Notes: generated by a model from the letters alone, not told the origin. DNA of 64,000 bases from an uncultured Eudoraea sp. (GCF_947490415.1 NZ_CANLGX010000003.1:391821-455820); one strand, 5' to 3'. Numbered from the stretch's first letter, positions 47,010-59,103 are shown. Made by a program: numbers and translations.

Positions 47010-49115
47010 ATGAATACGAACTATCTTCAAACCCCTGTTACTTATTTGAAAGGTGTTGGTCCAAACAGGTCGGAAATACTGCACTCGGAGTTAGGGATAG
47101 TGACATACCAGGATTTAATTAATCTGTTTCCCAATAGGTATATTGATAAAACAAGGTATTATAAAATTAATGAGTTACAAAGAGGAAATGCAGATGTTCA
47201 ACTTATTGGGAAAATTATCCATATTAAAACTGTTGAGCAAAAAAAGGGAAGTCGACTTGTCGCTACATTTAAAGATGCTACCGGCGAAATGGAGCTGGTT
47301 TGGTTCCGAGGGCAGAAATGGATTCGGGAAAACATTAAACTGAATACCCCTTATGTCATTTTTGGCAGAACTAATTGGTTTAGTGGCAAATTTTCAATGC
47401 CTCACCCGGAAATGGAATTACTTTCTGAGCATGAAAAAGGAATAAAGGTGTCTTTGCAGCCAATATATCCGTCCACAGAAAAATTAAGCAAAAGAGGGAT
47501 TACGAATAGAGTAATCAGCAAATTAGTACAACAATTATTTATTGAAACAAAGGGAGAATTTAAAGAAACCCTCTCCCCCACCATACTTGAGGAACTCAGG
47601 CTTATATCCAAAACTGCGGCCATGTTCAATATCCACTTTCCCAAAGACCTTAAACTATTATCACGAGCACAATTCCGTCTTAAATTTGAAGAATTATTTT
47701 ACATTCAATTACAGCTCATCTCGAAGAAATTAATTCGAAAACAAAAAATAAAAGGCTATCCCTTTGAAAATGTAGGCAAACTATTTAACAGGTTTTATAA
47801 AGACCATTTGCCTTTTGAACTTACCGCTGCTCAAAAGAAAGTCATAAAAGAAATAAGGGCAGATCTCGGCAGCAAAGCTCAAATGAATCGTCTTTTACAA
47901 GGGGATGTTGGATCTGGCAAAACAGTAGTAGCTTTAATGACTATTTTAATCGCACTGGACAATGGTTATCAGGCTTGTTTAATGGCTCCTACTGAAATAT
48001 TAGCTAACCAGCATTTCAAAGGTATAAAAGAATTGCTGGGAGATATTGGCGTTAGTGTAGCCCTGCTTACCGGATCCGTAAAAAAAGCTGAGAGAAAACT
48101 TATTCATGAGCAACTCGAAGATGGCACTCTTCACCTCCTTATTGGCACACATGCCGTACTGGAAGATAAAGTGAAATTTAAAAATCTGGGGTTAGCTATA
48201 ATTGATGAACAGCACAGGTTTGGTGTTGCTCAAAGATCAAAATTATGGCATAAGAATGAAGTGCCTCCGCACATTTTGGTAATGACAGCTACACCTATTC
48301 CAAGGACTTTGGCGATGAGCCTTTACGGCGATCTTGATATTTCAGTAATTGATGAGCTGCCCCCCGGTAGAAAAGCTGTGAAGACGGTGCACAGATATGA
48401 CAAAAACCGACTTAAAGTGTTTCAATTTTTGCGAGATGAAATTAAGAAAGGTAGACAGATATATATTGTTTATCCGCTGATTCAAGAGTCAGAGGCATTG
48501 GATTATAAAGATTTGATGGATGGCTATGAGAGTATTGCCCGTGATTTCCCATTGCCGGATTATCAGATTTCAATTGTGCACGGTAAGATGAAGCCACAAG
48601 ACAAAGAGTATGAAATGGAGCGCTTTGTTAAAGGAGAAACTCAAATAATGGTTGCTACGACCGTCATCGAAGTGGGTGTAAACATCCCAAATGCATCCGT
48701 GATGATTATAGAAAGTGCAGAACGCTTCGGACTATCGCAATTGCACCAATTAAGAGGTCGTGTTGGCCGCGGAGCCGAACAGAGCTATTGTATCCTTATG
48801 AGTAGTCACAAATTAACGGCTGAAGCGAAAACCAGACTCGAAACCATGACAAGCACTAATGATGGATTTGAAATTGCAGAAGTAGACCTGAAATTACGAG
48901 GGCCGGGTGATTTGATGGGAACTCAGCAAAGTGGTATCTTAAACCTGAAAATTGCTGATATTGTAAAGGACAATGATATCTTAAAAACCGCCAGATACTA
49001 TGCAATAAAGGTTCTTAATGAAGATCCCGGATTGCAGAAAGAAGATAATAAACAAATCAGATATGCCTACGCCCAATTAATGAAGCACAAGAATATCTGG
49101 AATTATATAAGTTAA
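47010..49115 (+). CDS. recG: ATP-dependent DNA helicase RecG
   Basis: The protein has an OB wedge N-terminus. Helicase blocks 'GDVGSGKT', 'IIDEQHRFG' and 'QLHQLRGRVGRG' are present. Confidence 0.96.
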   Translation: MNTNYLQTPVTYLKGVGPNRSEILHSELGIVTYQDLINLFPNRYIDKTRYYKINELQRGNADVQLIGKIIHIKTVEQKKGSRLVATFKDATGEMELVWFRGQKWIRENIKLNTPYVIFGRTNWFSGKFSMPHPEMELLSEHEKGIKVSLQPIYPSTEKLSKRGITNRVISKLVQQLFIETKGEFKETLSPTILEELRLISKTAAMFNIHFPKDLKLLSRAQFRLKFEELFYIQLQLISKKLIRKQKIKGYPFENVGKLFNRFYKDHLPFELTAAQKKVIKEIRADLGSKAQMNRLLQGDVGSGKTVVALMTILIALDNGYQACLMAPTEILANQHFKGIKELLGDIGVSVALLTGSVKKAERKLIHEQLEDGTLHLLIGTHAVLEDKVKFKNLGLAIIDEQHRFGVAQRSKLWHKNEVPPHILVMTATPIPRTLAMSLYGDLDISVIDELPPGRKAVKTVHRYDKNRLKVFQFLRDEIKKGRQIYIVYPLIQESEALDYKDLMDGYESIARDFPLPDYQISIVHGKMKPQDKEYEMERFVKGETQIMVATTVIEVGVNIPNASVMIIESAERFGLSQLHQLRGRVGRGAEQSYCILMSSHKLTAEAKTRLETMTSTNDGFEIAEVDLKLRGPGDLMGTQQSGILNLKIADIVKDNDILKTARYYAIKVLNEDPGLQKEDNKQIRYAYAQLMKHKNIWNYIS

Positions 49116-49139
49116 GAGCCGGAATTCATCCGGCTCTTA
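49113..49139. terminator. Perfect 11-bp hairpin overlapping the recG stop codon, between convergent genes
   Basis: TAAGAGCCGGA (49113-49123) pairs with TCCGGCTCTTA (49129-49139) across a 5-nt loop. There is no strong T-run. Confidence 0.5.
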
Positions 49140-49164
49140 ATATTACATTCTGGCAGAAAGAATT

Positions 49165-50274
49165 TTAATTAATTCCTTCACCGTTTTCAAGCTTAGTTAT
49201 ATTAGCAGCAATGGCATCCTTATTTTGCTGGTCAGGCGCTCTCTGCGCGGCAATTTTCAAATGCTTCAAAGCGGTCTTATTGTCGCCCATAGCTGAATAA
49301 GCTCTGGCTAATCCATAATCAACAGGCCATTGTCCTTTATTCTTTTTTGCATTCATTTTAAAAACTTCGAGTGCTTTTTCTTTCTCTCCCTGTGCAATTA
49401 ATTGCCGGCCATATCCATGAACCTCAAATATTGTTGCAAGTCCTAGCGCTTCATCCATAACAGCATCTGCTTCCGCTTTTTTTCCCTGCTTGGCAAGGAT
49501 TTTTGCTTTTGTGCTAAGATTATTGAAGGTTTTTTGACTAAAAAACATTCCTTCTATAGTGGCATCTATCCACCCAAGAGCCTCATCAAGGTCACCGCCA
49601 TTATTCAGAGAAAAATTAGCCGCTTGTTCCCAGGTCTGACGATTAAAGCCGGGGGAATTCTGCAGTTTATGTCGAATGTCTGCGAGGACTGTATTAGTTA
49701 CATCTACTTCAATTTTAAAAGGTATTTGCTTTTTTTCCCAGTTTAGGGAAGCCACCGCCGAATTGGCGTCAACCTGAGAAAAAAGGTAGGTCAATTCCTC
49801 CGTATGCGGAATTTCTTTGGTGGTAACTTCAACTCTTAGGGCATCTTCAGAAGGTTCATAAAAATAACTGCCCCAGGCCTCATAGTTTTTTGAAAATATA
49901 ACTGTCGCTTTATCCCCTTCAGTAATTATCATATGAAGTCCATATTTTCCTGCGCTTATAGGTTGCCCTTCAATCTTAACGTCATTTGTGAATTTAATTA
50001 CAGTATTTTCATTTGCGCCAGCTCGCCATGGCGATTCTTTTGCGGTACCAAAACCCAGATTGTTCATCCCATAAGGCACTAATTTACCCCATACTTCGCG
50101 ATCTTTTACAGCTGGCCTTGAATAAGAAATTGAGATATCAGTTATACCTATTCGCTGTGATACTTTTGCCTTCTGACTTCCTCTGGGCAAATCTAATTGC
50201 GCATTACCCTTAATACATAAAAACATAAGGGCAATAAGAAAAAATATAGAACCATTCTTGTAACTTTTTTTCAT
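49165..50274 (-). CDS. DUF2911 domain protein with C-terminal TPR-like repeats (secreted)
   Basis: 'VSQRIGITDISISYSRPAVKDREVWGKLVPYG...WRAGANENTVIKF' matches the DUF2911 pattern. The C-terminus has helical repeats. Confidence 0.7.
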   Translation of the reverse strand: MKKSYKNGSIFFLIALMFLCIKGNAQLDLPRGSQKAKVSQRIGITDISISYSRPAVKDREVWGKLVPYGMNNLGFGTAKESPWRAGANENTVIKFTNDVKIEGQPISAGKYGLHMIITEGDKATVIFSKNYEAWGSYFYEPSEDALRVEVTTKEIPHTEELTYLFSQVDANSAVASLNWEKKQIPFKIEVDVTNTVLADIRHKLQNSPGFNRQTWEQAANFSLNNGGDLDEALGWIDATIEGMFFSQKTFNNLSTKAKILAKQGKKAEADAVMDEALGLATIFEVHGYGRQLIAQGEKEKALEVFKMNAKKNKGQWPVDYGLARAYSAMGDNKTALKHLKIAAQRAPDQQNKDAIAANITKLENGEGIN

Positions 50275-50580
50275 TAGAGTGTTTTTTAATTGTTAATTAA
50301 GTTGTTAGATTTCACTAAAGATAGGTATAGTCATTTCTTGTAATCGTTACAGTAATGTTAAACCACAGTCAGGCCATGTTAAACCGTAATTACATTTAAA
50401 TTCCATTCAATATTTCGAATACTGCTAAGAAGATAAAATAGTGCCTCATGTTAACATAAAACTGAAAAGTGGGTCTTTTCAAGTTAAATGATTGATTATC
50501 AATTGTTTATATTACTTAATAGTCAATTGAACATCGTAATTTAAAAGCACATTGTTTTACGCCCTTTTACTTGTATTTCA

Positions 50581-50588
50581 TACATTTG
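50581..50588 (+). promoter_or_regulatory. -7 promoter box TACATTTG upstream of leuC
   Basis: TAnnTTTG match 44 nt upstream of ATG 50632. Confidence 0.4.
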
Positions 50589-50631
50589 TTAGCTGTGCTA
50601 AAAAACTATTTATTAGTTATTTTAATATTTT

Positions 50632-52041
50632 ATGAAAAAAACACTATTTGATAAAGTTTGGGACTCACATGTAGTCAAAAAGGTGCTGAATGGACCGGAC
50701 GTACTGTTTATTGACCGTCATCTTGTTCATGAAGTAACAAGTCCGGTTGCATTTTTGGGCTTAAAGAGTAGGAATATTAAGGTTTTATATCCGGAACGTA
50801 CCTTTGCCACAGCAGACCATAATACCCCTACATTAAACCAACATCTGCCTGTTCAGGATCCTCTGTCTGCCAACCAGCTTCGGGCTTTGGAACAAAACGC
50901 ACAAGAACATCAAATTCCCTATTGGGGGCTAGGTCACGAAAAAAACGGCATTGTCCATGTAATTGGTCCTGAGAATGGAATTACATTACCGGGATCGACA
51001 ATTGTTTGCGGTGACTCTCATACTTCTACGCATGGCGCTTTTGGTGCCATAGCATTTGGAATTGGGACTTCGGAGGTAGAAATGGTTTTGGCAACCCAGT
51101 GCATTATGCAGCCTAAACCTAAAAGCATGCGTATTACCATAAATGGTAAATTAAACAATGCGGTTACCCCTAAAGATGTCGCTCTCTATATTATTTCAAA
51201 ATTGAGTACGTCAGGCGCTACAGGATATTTTGTTGAATACGCAGGAGATGTCTTTAAACAGATGTCTATGGAAGGGCGTATGACTGTATGTAATTTAAGC
51301 ATTGAAATGGGCGCGCGTGGAGGCATGATTGCCCCGGATGACAAAACATTTGAATATATTAAAAATAGGGAGTTTACACCAAAAGGTGAGGCATGGGATA
51401 AGGCAATGAGTTACTGGGAAACCTTATATACAGATGAGGATTCTGTTTTTGATAATGAAATCAAATTCAACGGGGAAGATATTGAACCAATGATTACTTA
51501 TGGCACAAATCCGGGTATGGGTATTGGAATATCGGGAGGTATCCCTAATTCTGATGCTATTGAAGGTGGTGCTTCTACTTATAAAAAGTCGCTTCAGTAC
51601 ATGAATTTTGAAGAAGGGGACAATATGCTGGGTAAAGAAATAGATTTTGTTTTCCTTGGAAGTTGTACTAATGGCAGGATTGAGGATTTCAGGGCATTTA
51701 CTAGTCTGGTCAAAGGAAGACAAAAGGCCGCTAACGTAACAGCATGGTTGGTTCCAGGCTCACATAAAGTGGAAGACGCTATTAAAAAAGAGGGCTTGCT
51801 GGATATCCTGAATAAAGCTGGATTTGAATTAAGAGAACCGGGATGCTCTGCCTGTCTGGCCATGAATGACGATAAAATTCCTGCCGGCAAATATGCTGTG
51901 AGTACGTCTAACAGGAATTTTGAGGGAAGACAAGGGCCTGGATCAAGAACCCTTCTTGCTAGTCCTTTGGTAGCCGCAGCAGCAGCTGTAACGGGAAAGG
52001 TAACAGACCCAAGGGAATTGATGGTTTTTGAAACAGCTTAG
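50632..52041 (+). CDS. leuC: 3-isopropylmalate dehydratase large subunit
   Basis: '[11 protein letters not shown]', '[10 protein letters not shown]' and 'NRNFEGRQG' are present. Confidence 0.96.
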   Translation: MKKTLFDKVWDSHVVKKVLNGPDVLFIDRHLVHEVTSPVAFLGLKSRNIKVLYPERTFATADHNTPTLNQHLPVQDPLSANQLRALEQNAQEHQIPYWGLGHEKNGIVHVIGPENGITLPGSTIVCGDSHTSTHGAFGAIAFGIGTSEVEMVLATQCIMQPKPKSMRITINGKLNNAVTPKDVALYIISKLSTSGATGYFVEYAGDVFKQMSMEGRMTVCNLSIEMGARGGMIAPDDKTFEYIKNREFTPKGEAWDKAMSYWETLYTDEDSVFDNEIKFNGEDIEPMITYGTNPGMGIGISGGIPNSDAIEGGASTYKKSLQYMNFEEGDNMLGKEIDFVFLGSCTNGRIEDFRAFTSLVKGRQKAANVTAWLVPGSHKVEDAIKKEGLLDILNKAGFELREPGCSACLAMNDDKIPAGKYAVSTSNRNFEGRQGPGSRTLLASPLVAAAAAVTGKVTDPRELMVFETA

Positions 52042-52074
52042 TTTTTTATTAATAAATAACGGATATAAATACTA

Positions 52075-52671
52075 ATGGCATACGATAAATTTAAAGTTTT
52101 AAGCACTACAGCTGTTCCGCTGCCAATAGAAAATGTGGATACTGATCAGATTATCCCTGCAAGATTTCTAAAGGCAACAGAACGCAAGGGTTTTGGTGAT
52201 AACCTTTTTCGCGATTGGAGATATCAATCTGATAATACTCCCAAAGAACATTTTGTGCTGAATAACCCTATTTATAGTGGTAAAATATTGGTTGGGGGGA
52301 AAAATTTTGGATCTGGATCTTCGAGAGAACACGCTGCATGGGCTATCTATGATTATGGTTTCCGGTGTGTTGTAAGTAGTTTTTTTGCCGATATATTTAG
52401 AGGTAATTGTATGAATATTGGCGTTTTACCTGTACAGGTAAGCCCTGACTTTCTTGCAAAGATCTTCGAAGCAATTGAAGCTGATCCAAATACTGAATTT
52501 GAAGTCAATCTTCCGGAACAAACTTTCACCATTAAGACAACGGGGGAAAAGGAAAGTTTCGAAATAAATGACTACAAAAAGGAAAACTTACTCAACGGGT
52601 TTGACGATATTGATTATTTACTAAATATTAAGAGTGAAATTGAATCTTTTGCAAAAGATACACCACTTTAA
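52075..52671 (+). CDS. leuD: 3-isopropylmalate dehydratase small subunit
   Basis: '[11 protein letters not shown]' and '[13 protein letters not shown]' are present. Confidence 0.95.
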   Translation: MAYDKFKVLSTTAVPLPIENVDTDQIIPARFLKATERKGFGDNLFRDWRYQSDNTPKEHFVLNNPIYSGKILVGGKNFGSGSSREHAAWAIYDYGFRCVVSSFFADIFRGNCMNIGVLPVQVSPDFLAKIFEAIEADPNTEFEVNLPEQTFTIKTTGEKESFEINDYKKENLLNGFDDIDYLLNIKSEIESFAKDTPL

Positions 52672-52714
52672 CCTTTGGGTAAACTAATACTTCATAAGCC
52701 ATTTTACGCGTAGC

Positions 52715-54232
52715 ATGAATAAGAGGAAGATTGAAATAATGGATACAACACTGAGGGATGGAGAACAAACCTCAGGTGTATCCTTTACTGCAGCAGAAAA
52801 ACTTACTCTGGCAAGACTTCTTTTAGATGAATTGAAAGTAGATCGTATAGAAATTGCTTCTGCCAGAGTTTCAGAAGGCGAATTTAAATCAGTTCAACAG
52901 ATAACCGACTGGGCAAAAAGCGTAGGGTATTTGGATCGTATCGAAGTACTAACATTTGTTGATAATGGTCTTTCACTGCAATGGATGAAAAAGACAGGGG
53001 CCAAAGTACAAAACTTATTAACCAAGGGATCTTTGAATCACCTTAAGTATCAACTCAAAAAAACACCTGAGGAGCATTTTGCAGATATTGCCAATATACT
53101 AGCCCAAGCAGAGAAGCAGGGAATTATTACCAATGTTTACCTTGAAGACTGGAGTAATGGGATGCGGAATTCTCCTGAATATGTTTTTCAATATCTCGAT
53201 TTTCTTTCTACACAACCTGTAAAAAGAATCCTATTGCCTGATACCTTAGGTATTTTAACGCATGGTGAAACATATGATTTTATCTCACAAATAGTTACTC
53301 GTTATCCGAATATACATTTCGATTTTCATGGACACAATGATTATGATCTAAGTGTTGCCAATGTTATGGAAGCTCTTAGGGCAGGTTGTCACGGGTTACA
53401 TCTTACTATTAATGGTATGGGAGAGCGTGCTGGTAACGCTCCATTGGCAAGTGTTGTTGCCGTGATAAATGATTTTATGCCTGAAATTGACATTAATGTG
53501 GAAGAGTCTTCCCTTTTTAAGGTGAGTAAACTCGTATCAACATTTACAGGATTTGGTATTCCGGCAAACAAACCTATTGTTGGTGATAATGTATTTACGC
53601 AAACAGCTGGAATACATGCAGATGGAGATAATAAAAAGAATTTATACTTTAATGATTTATTGCCTGAACGTTTTGGCAGGAAACGCAAATATGCCCTGGG
53701 CAAGACCTCCGGAAAAGCCAATATTCAAAAAAATCTTCAGGAATTAGGGCTTACGCTAACTGAGGAAGAAATTAAAAAAGTTACCCAACGTATTATTGAA
53801 TTGGGTGACAAAAAGGAGAAAGTTACTAAAGAAGACCTTCCATATATTATTTCAGATGTTTTGGATAGTGAGTCTTACCAGCAAAAAACATTTGTCAAAT
53901 CCTATGTGCTTACACATTCTAAAGGACTTAAGCCTTCAACCACTGTAGCTGTTGAAATAGAAGGCCAGTCTTTCGAAGAAAACGCTCAGGGAGACGGCCA
54001 GTTTGACGCCTTCATGAACGCTTTAAGAAAAGTATATCAATCCAAAAAAATGGAACTGCCTGTTCTCATCGACTATGCAGTGCGTATACCTCCCGGAAGT
54101 AACTCTGATGCCTTATGTGAAACCATTATAACCTGGCGGAACAAGGAGAATGACTTTATTACACGCGGTCTTGATTCAGATCAAACGGTTTCTGCAATTA
54201 AGGCAACTGAAAAAATGCTGAATATCATTTAA
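52715..54232 (+). CDS. leuA: 2-isopropylmalate synthase (LeuA/CimA family, with a C-terminal regulatory domain)
   Basis: 'MDTTLRDGEQ' and 'HGHNDYDL' are present, and the gene sits in leuCD-leuB context. Citramalate synthase cannot be excluded by eye. Confidence 0.8.
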   Translation: MNKRKIEIMDTTLRDGEQTSGVSFTAAEKLTLARLLLDELKVDRIEIASARVSEGEFKSVQQITDWAKSVGYLDRIEVLTFVDNGLSLQWMKKTGAKVQNLLTKGSLNHLKYQLKKTPEEHFADIANILAQAEKQGIITNVYLEDWSNGMRNSPEYVFQYLDFLSTQPVKRILLPDTLGILTHGETYDFISQIVTRYPNIHFDFHGHNDYDLSVANVMEALRAGCHGLHLTINGMGERAGNAPLASVVAVINDFMPEIDINVEESSLFKVSKLVSTFTGFGIPANKPIVGDNVFTQTAGIHADGDNKKNLYFNDLLPERFGRKRKYALGKTSGKANIQKNLQELGLTLTEEEIKKVTQRIIELGDKKEKVTKEDLPYIISDVLDSESYQQKTFVKSYVLTHSKGLKPSTTVAVEIEGQSFEENAQGDGQFDAFMNALRKVYQSKKMELPVLIDYAVRIPPGSNSDALCETIITWRNKENDFITRGLDSDQTVSAIKATEKMLNII

Positions 54233-54283
54233 TGAGTCTTTAAATAGATAAATATTTTCTACTAATTAGATCCCAGAAATAAA

Positions 54284-55339
54284 ATGAAATTAAATATAGC
54301 GCTCTTAGCCGGAGATGGAATTGGCCCGGAAGTTATAGATCAGGCAGTAAAAGTATGCAATGCAATTGCGACAAAGTTCAATCATGAAATAAACTGGAGA
54401 CCTGCATTGACTGGCGCGGCTGCGATTGATGCTGTTGGAGACCCTTATCCTGATGAAACCCATGAAATATGTGCCACCTCAGATGCGGTTTTATTTGGCG
54501 CTATTGGCCATCCGAAATATGATAACGATCCTTCGGCAAAAGTGCGCCCGGAGCAAGGTTTATTGCGTATGAGACAAAAGCTGGGATTGTTTGCCAATGT
54601 CAGGCCTACTTTTACGTTTCCATCTCTAATTGATAAATCGCCCTTAAAAAGAGAACGGATTGAAGGAACAGATCTGGTATTTTTAAGAGAGCTTACCGGG
54701 GGTATCTATTTTGGAAAACGAGGAAGGGAAGATAACGGAGACACAGCTTTTGATACTTGTACTTATACCCGAAAAGAAGTACAGCGTTTGGCTAAAAAAG
54801 GCTTTGAAATGGCTCTAAAACGCTCTAAACGCCTTTGTTGTGTTGATAAGGCGAATGTCCTGGAAACGTCCCGTTTATGGCGCGAAACCGTACAAGCCAT
54901 GGAAAAAGATTATCCAGATGTGGAGGTTTCCTATGAATTTGTGGATGCTGTGGCTATGCGGCTTGTGCAGTGGCCAAGTGAATATGATGTGCTAATTACT
55001 GAAAACCTGTTTGGTGATATTCTTACGGATGAGGCTTCTGTTATTTCAGGTTCTATGGGATTAATGCCTTCTGCTTCCATTGGGGAAAGCATCTCGTTAT
55101 ATGAACCTATTCACGGTTCCTATCCGCAAGCCGCCGGAAAAGATATTGCGAATCCTTTGGCAACAGTATTATCTGCAGCAATGTTATTTGATGGATTTGA
55201 ATTGAATGATGAAGCTGAAGCAATTCGTGAAGTAGTAAATAAGTCGCTATCGGAAGGTATAGTTACTGAAGACCTAGCCGAAGGTGAAAAAGCTTATAAA
55301 ACCAGTGAAGTTGGCGATTGGCTTGCCTCCCATATTTAG
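54284..55339 (+). CDS. leuB: 3-isopropylmalate dehydrogenase
   Basis: 'LAGDGIGPEV' and 'NLFGDILTDEAS' are present. Confidence 0.95.
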   Translation: MKLNIALLAGDGIGPEVIDQAVKVCNAIATKFNHEINWRPALTGAAAIDAVGDPYPDETHEICATSDAVLFGAIGHPKYDNDPSAKVRPEQGLLRMRQKLGLFANVRPTFTFPSLIDKSPLKRERIEGTDLVFLRELTGGIYFGKRGREDNGDTAFDTCTYTRKEVQRLAKKGFEMALKRSKRLCCVDKANVLETSRLWRETVQAMEKDYPDVEVSYEFVDAVAMRLVQWPSEYDVLITENLFGDILTDEASVISGSMGLMPSASIGESISLYEPIHGSYPQAAGKDIANPLATVLSAAMLFDGFELNDEAEAIREVVNKSLSEGIVTEDLAEGEKAYKTSEVGDWLASHI

Positions 55340-55412
55340 GAAAAACTACATCTGATTGTCCAGGACAACTTTTGAATTTCCACAATTATTTTTATAAATA
55401 TCTTATTGATAT

Positions 55413-57005
55413 CTATAATAGATAATCTGTGCTAATAAAGTTGGATAACTTGGTTTCCAATAACTTTTCGAGAATTTCATTATTTAACTCGGTGTCCTTA
55501 GAGGCTACAAATGTCCTTATAGAGAACGACCGTAGTGCATCATGAACACTCAATGTCGCAACCGCGGAATCCTTCCTACCCGTAAACGGATAAACATCGG
55601 GTCCTCGCTGACAGGAACTATTCAGATTTACGCGACATACAAGATTCGCCAGGTTATCAATTAAAGGGGCAAGGGTATACACATCACTACCAAATAAACT
55701 TACTTGCTGACCGTAGTTAGACTCCGCCATGTCATCTAATGGCTCTTGAATATCTTCAAACGAAAGGATGGGAATCACAGGTCCAAACTGTTCTTCTTCA
55801 TACACCTTCATATCCTTGGTTACAGGATAAAGGACTGCAGGCCAGATATAATTATCAGAATGTTCTCCTCCTTTTGCGTTCAGAATTTTAGCTCCTTTAT
55901 CCAAAGCGTCATCAATTAATTCTTGTATATATGCCGGTTTATCCGGTTCTGGCAAAGGTGTTAGTGTTACTCCCTTATCCCAGGGATTCCCGAATTTAAG
56001 TTCATCTACTTTATTTGAAAATTTTTCGGTAAACTCAGCAACTATATCCTTCTGCACATATATCACCTTAAGTGCCGTGCAACGCTGACCATTAAAAGAC
56101 AAAGCACCCGCCAGACATTCATTTATAGCTAACTCCATATTTGCATCATGTAACACAATAGCAGGATTTTTTGCTTCCAGCCCCAGGACAAGTCTTAAAC
56201 GGTTGCTCTTTGGGTGCTGGTTTTGCAATGCATTTGCCGATGAACTATGACCTATTAAAGCCAAGACATCTACTTTACCTGTCTTCATTATAGGACCTGC
56301 AATAGCCCGTCCACGACCGAATAAGACATTGACAACCCCTTTCGGAAAACTTTCTTTAAAAGCTTTTATTAATGGCGCAATTAAAAGCACTCCTTGCTTG
56401 GCAGGTTTAAAAACTGCAGTATTGCCCATGATAATTGCCGGGATAAGCAAACAGAAGGTCTCATTCAAAGGATAATTATAAGGCCCGAGACATAATACTA
56501 CACCAAGGGGTCCGCGTCTTATATGAGCATAAACACCTCCATTCTTTTCAAATTTAGCTGAATCACGATCCAATTGTTTGTAATCTTCAATAGTATCGTA
56601 GATGTATTCTATGGTTCTGTCGAATTCTTTTTCAGAATCTGGTAAAGTTTTCCCTATTTCCCACATTAAATATTTGACCACTTCGTCCCTTTTTGTCTCC
56701 ATAATACGGACAAACTTCTCCATACATTCTATCCGATCTCTAACTTTCATGGTTGGCCATGCGCCCTGCCCCTGGTCATAAGCTTTAACAGCAGCATTTA
56801 ATGCCTCCAAAGCCTCCCTTTCACCCATGTCCGGAACTGTCCCAAGTAAAGTTGGCGCATAATCAGATGTACTTGAGATAGTCGAGTAAACCTGGGCCGT
56901 TGCACCATCCCACTCCTTTAATTCCCCATTTACCAAATAGATCTTTTGATTTATTGGCTTATTAATGCGAAATTCCTCAGGAATTAGCGATACGGTTGTT
57001 TCCAT
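55413..57005 (-). CDS. NADP-dependent aldehyde dehydrogenase (GapN-like, non-phosphorylating glyceraldehyde-3-phosphate dehydrogenase type)
   Basis: The ALDH catalytic Cys '[10 protein letters not shown]' and Glu 'LGLEAKNP' are present. Length is 530 aa. Confidence 0.75.
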   Translation of the reverse strand: METTVSLIPEEFRINKPINQKIYLVNGELKEWDGATAQVYSTISSTSDYAPTLLGTVPDMGEREALEALNAAVKAYDQGQGAWPTMKVRDRIECMEKFVRIMETKRDEVVKYLMWEIGKTLPDSEKEFDRTIEYIYDTIEDYKQLDRDSAKFEKNGGVYAHIRRGPLGVVLCLGPYNYPLNETFCLLIPAIIMGNTAVFKPAKQGVLLIAPLIKAFKESFPKGVVNVLFGRGRAIAGPIMKTGKVDVLALIGHSSSANALQNQHPKSNRLRLVLGLEAKNPAIVLHDANMELAINECLAGALSFNGQRCTALKVIYVQKDIVAEFTEKFSNKVDELKFGNPWDKGVTLTPLPEPDKPAYIQELIDDALDKGAKILNAKGGEHSDNYIWPAVLYPVTKDMKVYEEEQFGPVIPILSFEDIQEPLDDMAESNYGQQVSLFGSDVYTLAPLIDNLANLVCRVNLNSSCQRGPDVYPFTGRKDSAVATLSVHDALRSFSIRTFVASKDTELNNEILEKLLETKLSNFISTDYLL

Positions 57006-57063
57006 GGTGTTTTTAGTCTTAAAAGCTTAGAATGATTTTTAAATACGTCTGACTTGCGTTTAT

Positions 57064-58539
57064 TTAAACAATTGGTTTCATCGCAGTCATGGACTCCCGC
57101 AACCTGGTTCCAATAATCTCAACGGGATGCTCACGCAGCGCTTTGTTTACTGCAATTAGCTTGGCATTGTCAACTCCATTGTCTTTTCCTTTACCATATG
57201 TGGTGCCTATGACATCAATATCCACTTTTTTCATAAAATCGCCTAATAATGGTTTACAGGCATGATCAAATAAATAACACCCATATTCTGCGGTATCAGA
57301 AATTACCCGATTCATTTCAAATAATTTCTTTCTGGCAATAGTATTAGCTATAAGCGGTGTTTCGTGTAAAGACTCATAATAAGCCGATTCACCTATTATT
57401 CCGGATTCAGTCATAGACTCATAAGCCAGCTCCACCCCTGCCCTAACCAGGGCAACCATAAGCACACCATTATCATAATATTCCTGCTCAGATATGGCAT
57501 CATCACCAGCAGCTGTTTTTTCAAATGCAGTTTCTCCGGTTTCAGCACGCCAGCTCAACAGGTTTTTATCATCATTTGCCCAATCTTCCATCATTGTCGT
57601 TGAAAAGTGCCCGCTCATAATATCATCCATATGTTTATGAAATAATGGCCTCATTATATCTTTTAGCTCTTCTGATAACTCAAAGGCTTTTATCTTTGCA
57701 GGATTGGACAAGCGGTCCATCATATTGGTGATTCCTCCATATTTTAATCCCTCAGTTACTGTTTCCCAACCGTATTGTATAAGTTTGGAAGCATAGCCCG
57801 GGTTAACTCCCTTCTCAATCATTTTATTAAAACAAAGAATGGATCCTGTTTGTAATAAACCACAAAGAATGGTTTGTTCTCCCATTAAATCAGATTTTAC
57901 TTCCGCAACAAAAGAAGACTCCAAAACACCAGCTCTGTTGCCTCCGGTAGCTACAGCATAGGCCTTAGCTTGTTCATATCCCTTGCCTTCCGGGTCATTA
58001 TTCGGATGCACAGCAATCAAAGTTGGCACCCCAAAACCTCTTTTGTATTCTTCCCTAACCTCTGATCCGGGACATTTAGGGGCAACCATAATAACAGTTA
58101 AATCCTTCCGGATTTGCATCCCTTCCTCCACAATATTAAATCCGTGAGAATAAGACAAGGTGGCTCCTTTTTTCATCAACGGCATTACCGCGTTTATGAC
58201 GGACGTATGTTGCTTGTCGGGAGTTAAATTAATGACAAGATCTGCATCCGGCACCATATTTTCATAGGTTCCTACATTAAACCCATTCTCAGTAGCGTTT
58301 ATATAAGATTGTCGTTTTTCTTTAATTGCAGCTTCTCTCAATGTGTAAGAAATATCCAATCCTGAATCCCTCATATTTAATCCTTGGTTTAAGCCTTGTG
58401 CTCCACAACCCACAATCACTATCTTCTTTGACTTCAATGCCTTTACGCCATCTGTAAATTCGGCAGATTCCATAAACCTGCATTTTCCAAGTTGTAATAA
58501 TTGATCTCTTAAGGAGAGGGTATTGAAATAATTTGTCAT
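57064..58539 (-). CDS. ilvC: Ketol-acid reductoisomerase (class II, long form)
   Basis: The Rossmann motif '[12 protein letters not shown]' is present. The 491-aa length indicates a duplicated knotted domain. Confidence 0.95.
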   Translation of the reverse strand: MTNYFNTLSLRDQLLQLGKCRFMESAEFTDGVKALKSKKIVIVGCGAQGLNQGLNMRDSGLDISYTLREAAIKEKRQSYINATENGFNVGTYENMVPDADLVINLTPDKQHTSVINAVMPLMKKGATLSYSHGFNIVEEGMQIRKDLTVIMVAPKCPGSEVREEYKRGFGVPTLIAVHPNNDPEGKGYEQAKAYAVATGGNRAGVLESSFVAEVKSDLMGEQTILCGLLQTGSILCFNKMIEKGVNPGYASKLIQYGWETVTEGLKYGGITNMMDRLSNPAKIKAFELSEELKDIMRPLFHKHMDDIMSGHFSTTMMEDWANDDKNLLSWRAETGETAFEKTAAGDDAISEQEYYDNGVLMVALVRAGVELAYESMTESGIIGESAYYESLHETPLIANTIARKKLFEMNRVISDTAEYGCYLFDHACKPLLGDFMKKVDIDVIGTTYGKGKDNGVDNAKLIAVNKALREHPVEIIGTRLRESMTAMKPIV

Positions 58540-58575
58540 GTTTACTATTGGTTAGTTTCTAATTATCTAAAAAAA

Positions 58576-59103
58576 TTATGATTGATAAAAGTCATTTATT
58601 AACGAAGTAATGGGCATTTCTGATTTTGAGACCGCAATTCTACCCGAACGCACAAACTGCATAATGCCAAAAGGTTCCAGATTATCATGCATTTCATCAA
58701 TCTCATGCCGTCTGCCTGTTTTTGCCAACACAAAATAATCCCTGGATACTGTTACAATTTTGGATTTACTCTCCGAAATTATATTCTGTATCTGAGGTTC
58801 ATCAAATAAAAGATGTGAGGCAATTTTGAATAGAGCAGATTCCTGATAAATGGTCTCCTCATCCGTATGATAAAATGCTTTAATAACTTCAATTTGTTTT
58901 TCAATCTGTGCTACTATTTTTTGTGTCCAATCTTCTGTAGTATTGATAACAATAGTAAACTTCGATACATGCTCAATTTCTGATTTTGAAACATTTAAAC
59001 TTTCTATGTTTATATGTCTCTTTAAGAATATACCAGATATCCTATTGAGCAATCCAACATTATTTTCGGAATAGACCGATATGGTAAACCATTTTTTTTC
59101 CAT
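58576..59103 (-). CDS. ilvN: Acetolactate synthase small (regulatory) subunit
   Basis: The ACT-domain N-terminus 'ISVYSENNVGLLNRISGIFLKRHINIESLNV' is present, and the gene lies immediately downstream of ilvB. Confidence 0.9.
   Translation of the reverse strand: MEKKWFTISVYSENNVGLLNRISGIFLKRHINIESLNVSKSEIEHVSKFTIVINTTEDWTQKIVAQIEKQIEVIKAFYHTDEETIYQESALFKIASHLLFDEPQIQNIISESKSKIVTVSRDYFVLAKTGRRHEIDEMHDNLEPFGIMQFVRSGRIAVSKSEMPITSLINDFYQS

Noticed and set aside
50488-50544. An 18-codon sORF (MIDYQLFILLNSQLNIVI) upstream of leuC could be a Leu/Ile-rich leader peptide for attenuation.
   Set aside because: It has only scattered Leu/Ile codons and no tandem run. No terminator/antiterminator hairpin followed by a U-run lies downstream. 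The best -7 promoter box for leuC (50581-50588) is downstream of it, so it would not be on the leu transcript.
55340-55412. I expected a terminator between the convergent leuB and the GapN-like gene.
   Set aside because: Only a 4-bp stem (TTGT/ACAA around CCAGG) is present, which is not a credible hairpin.
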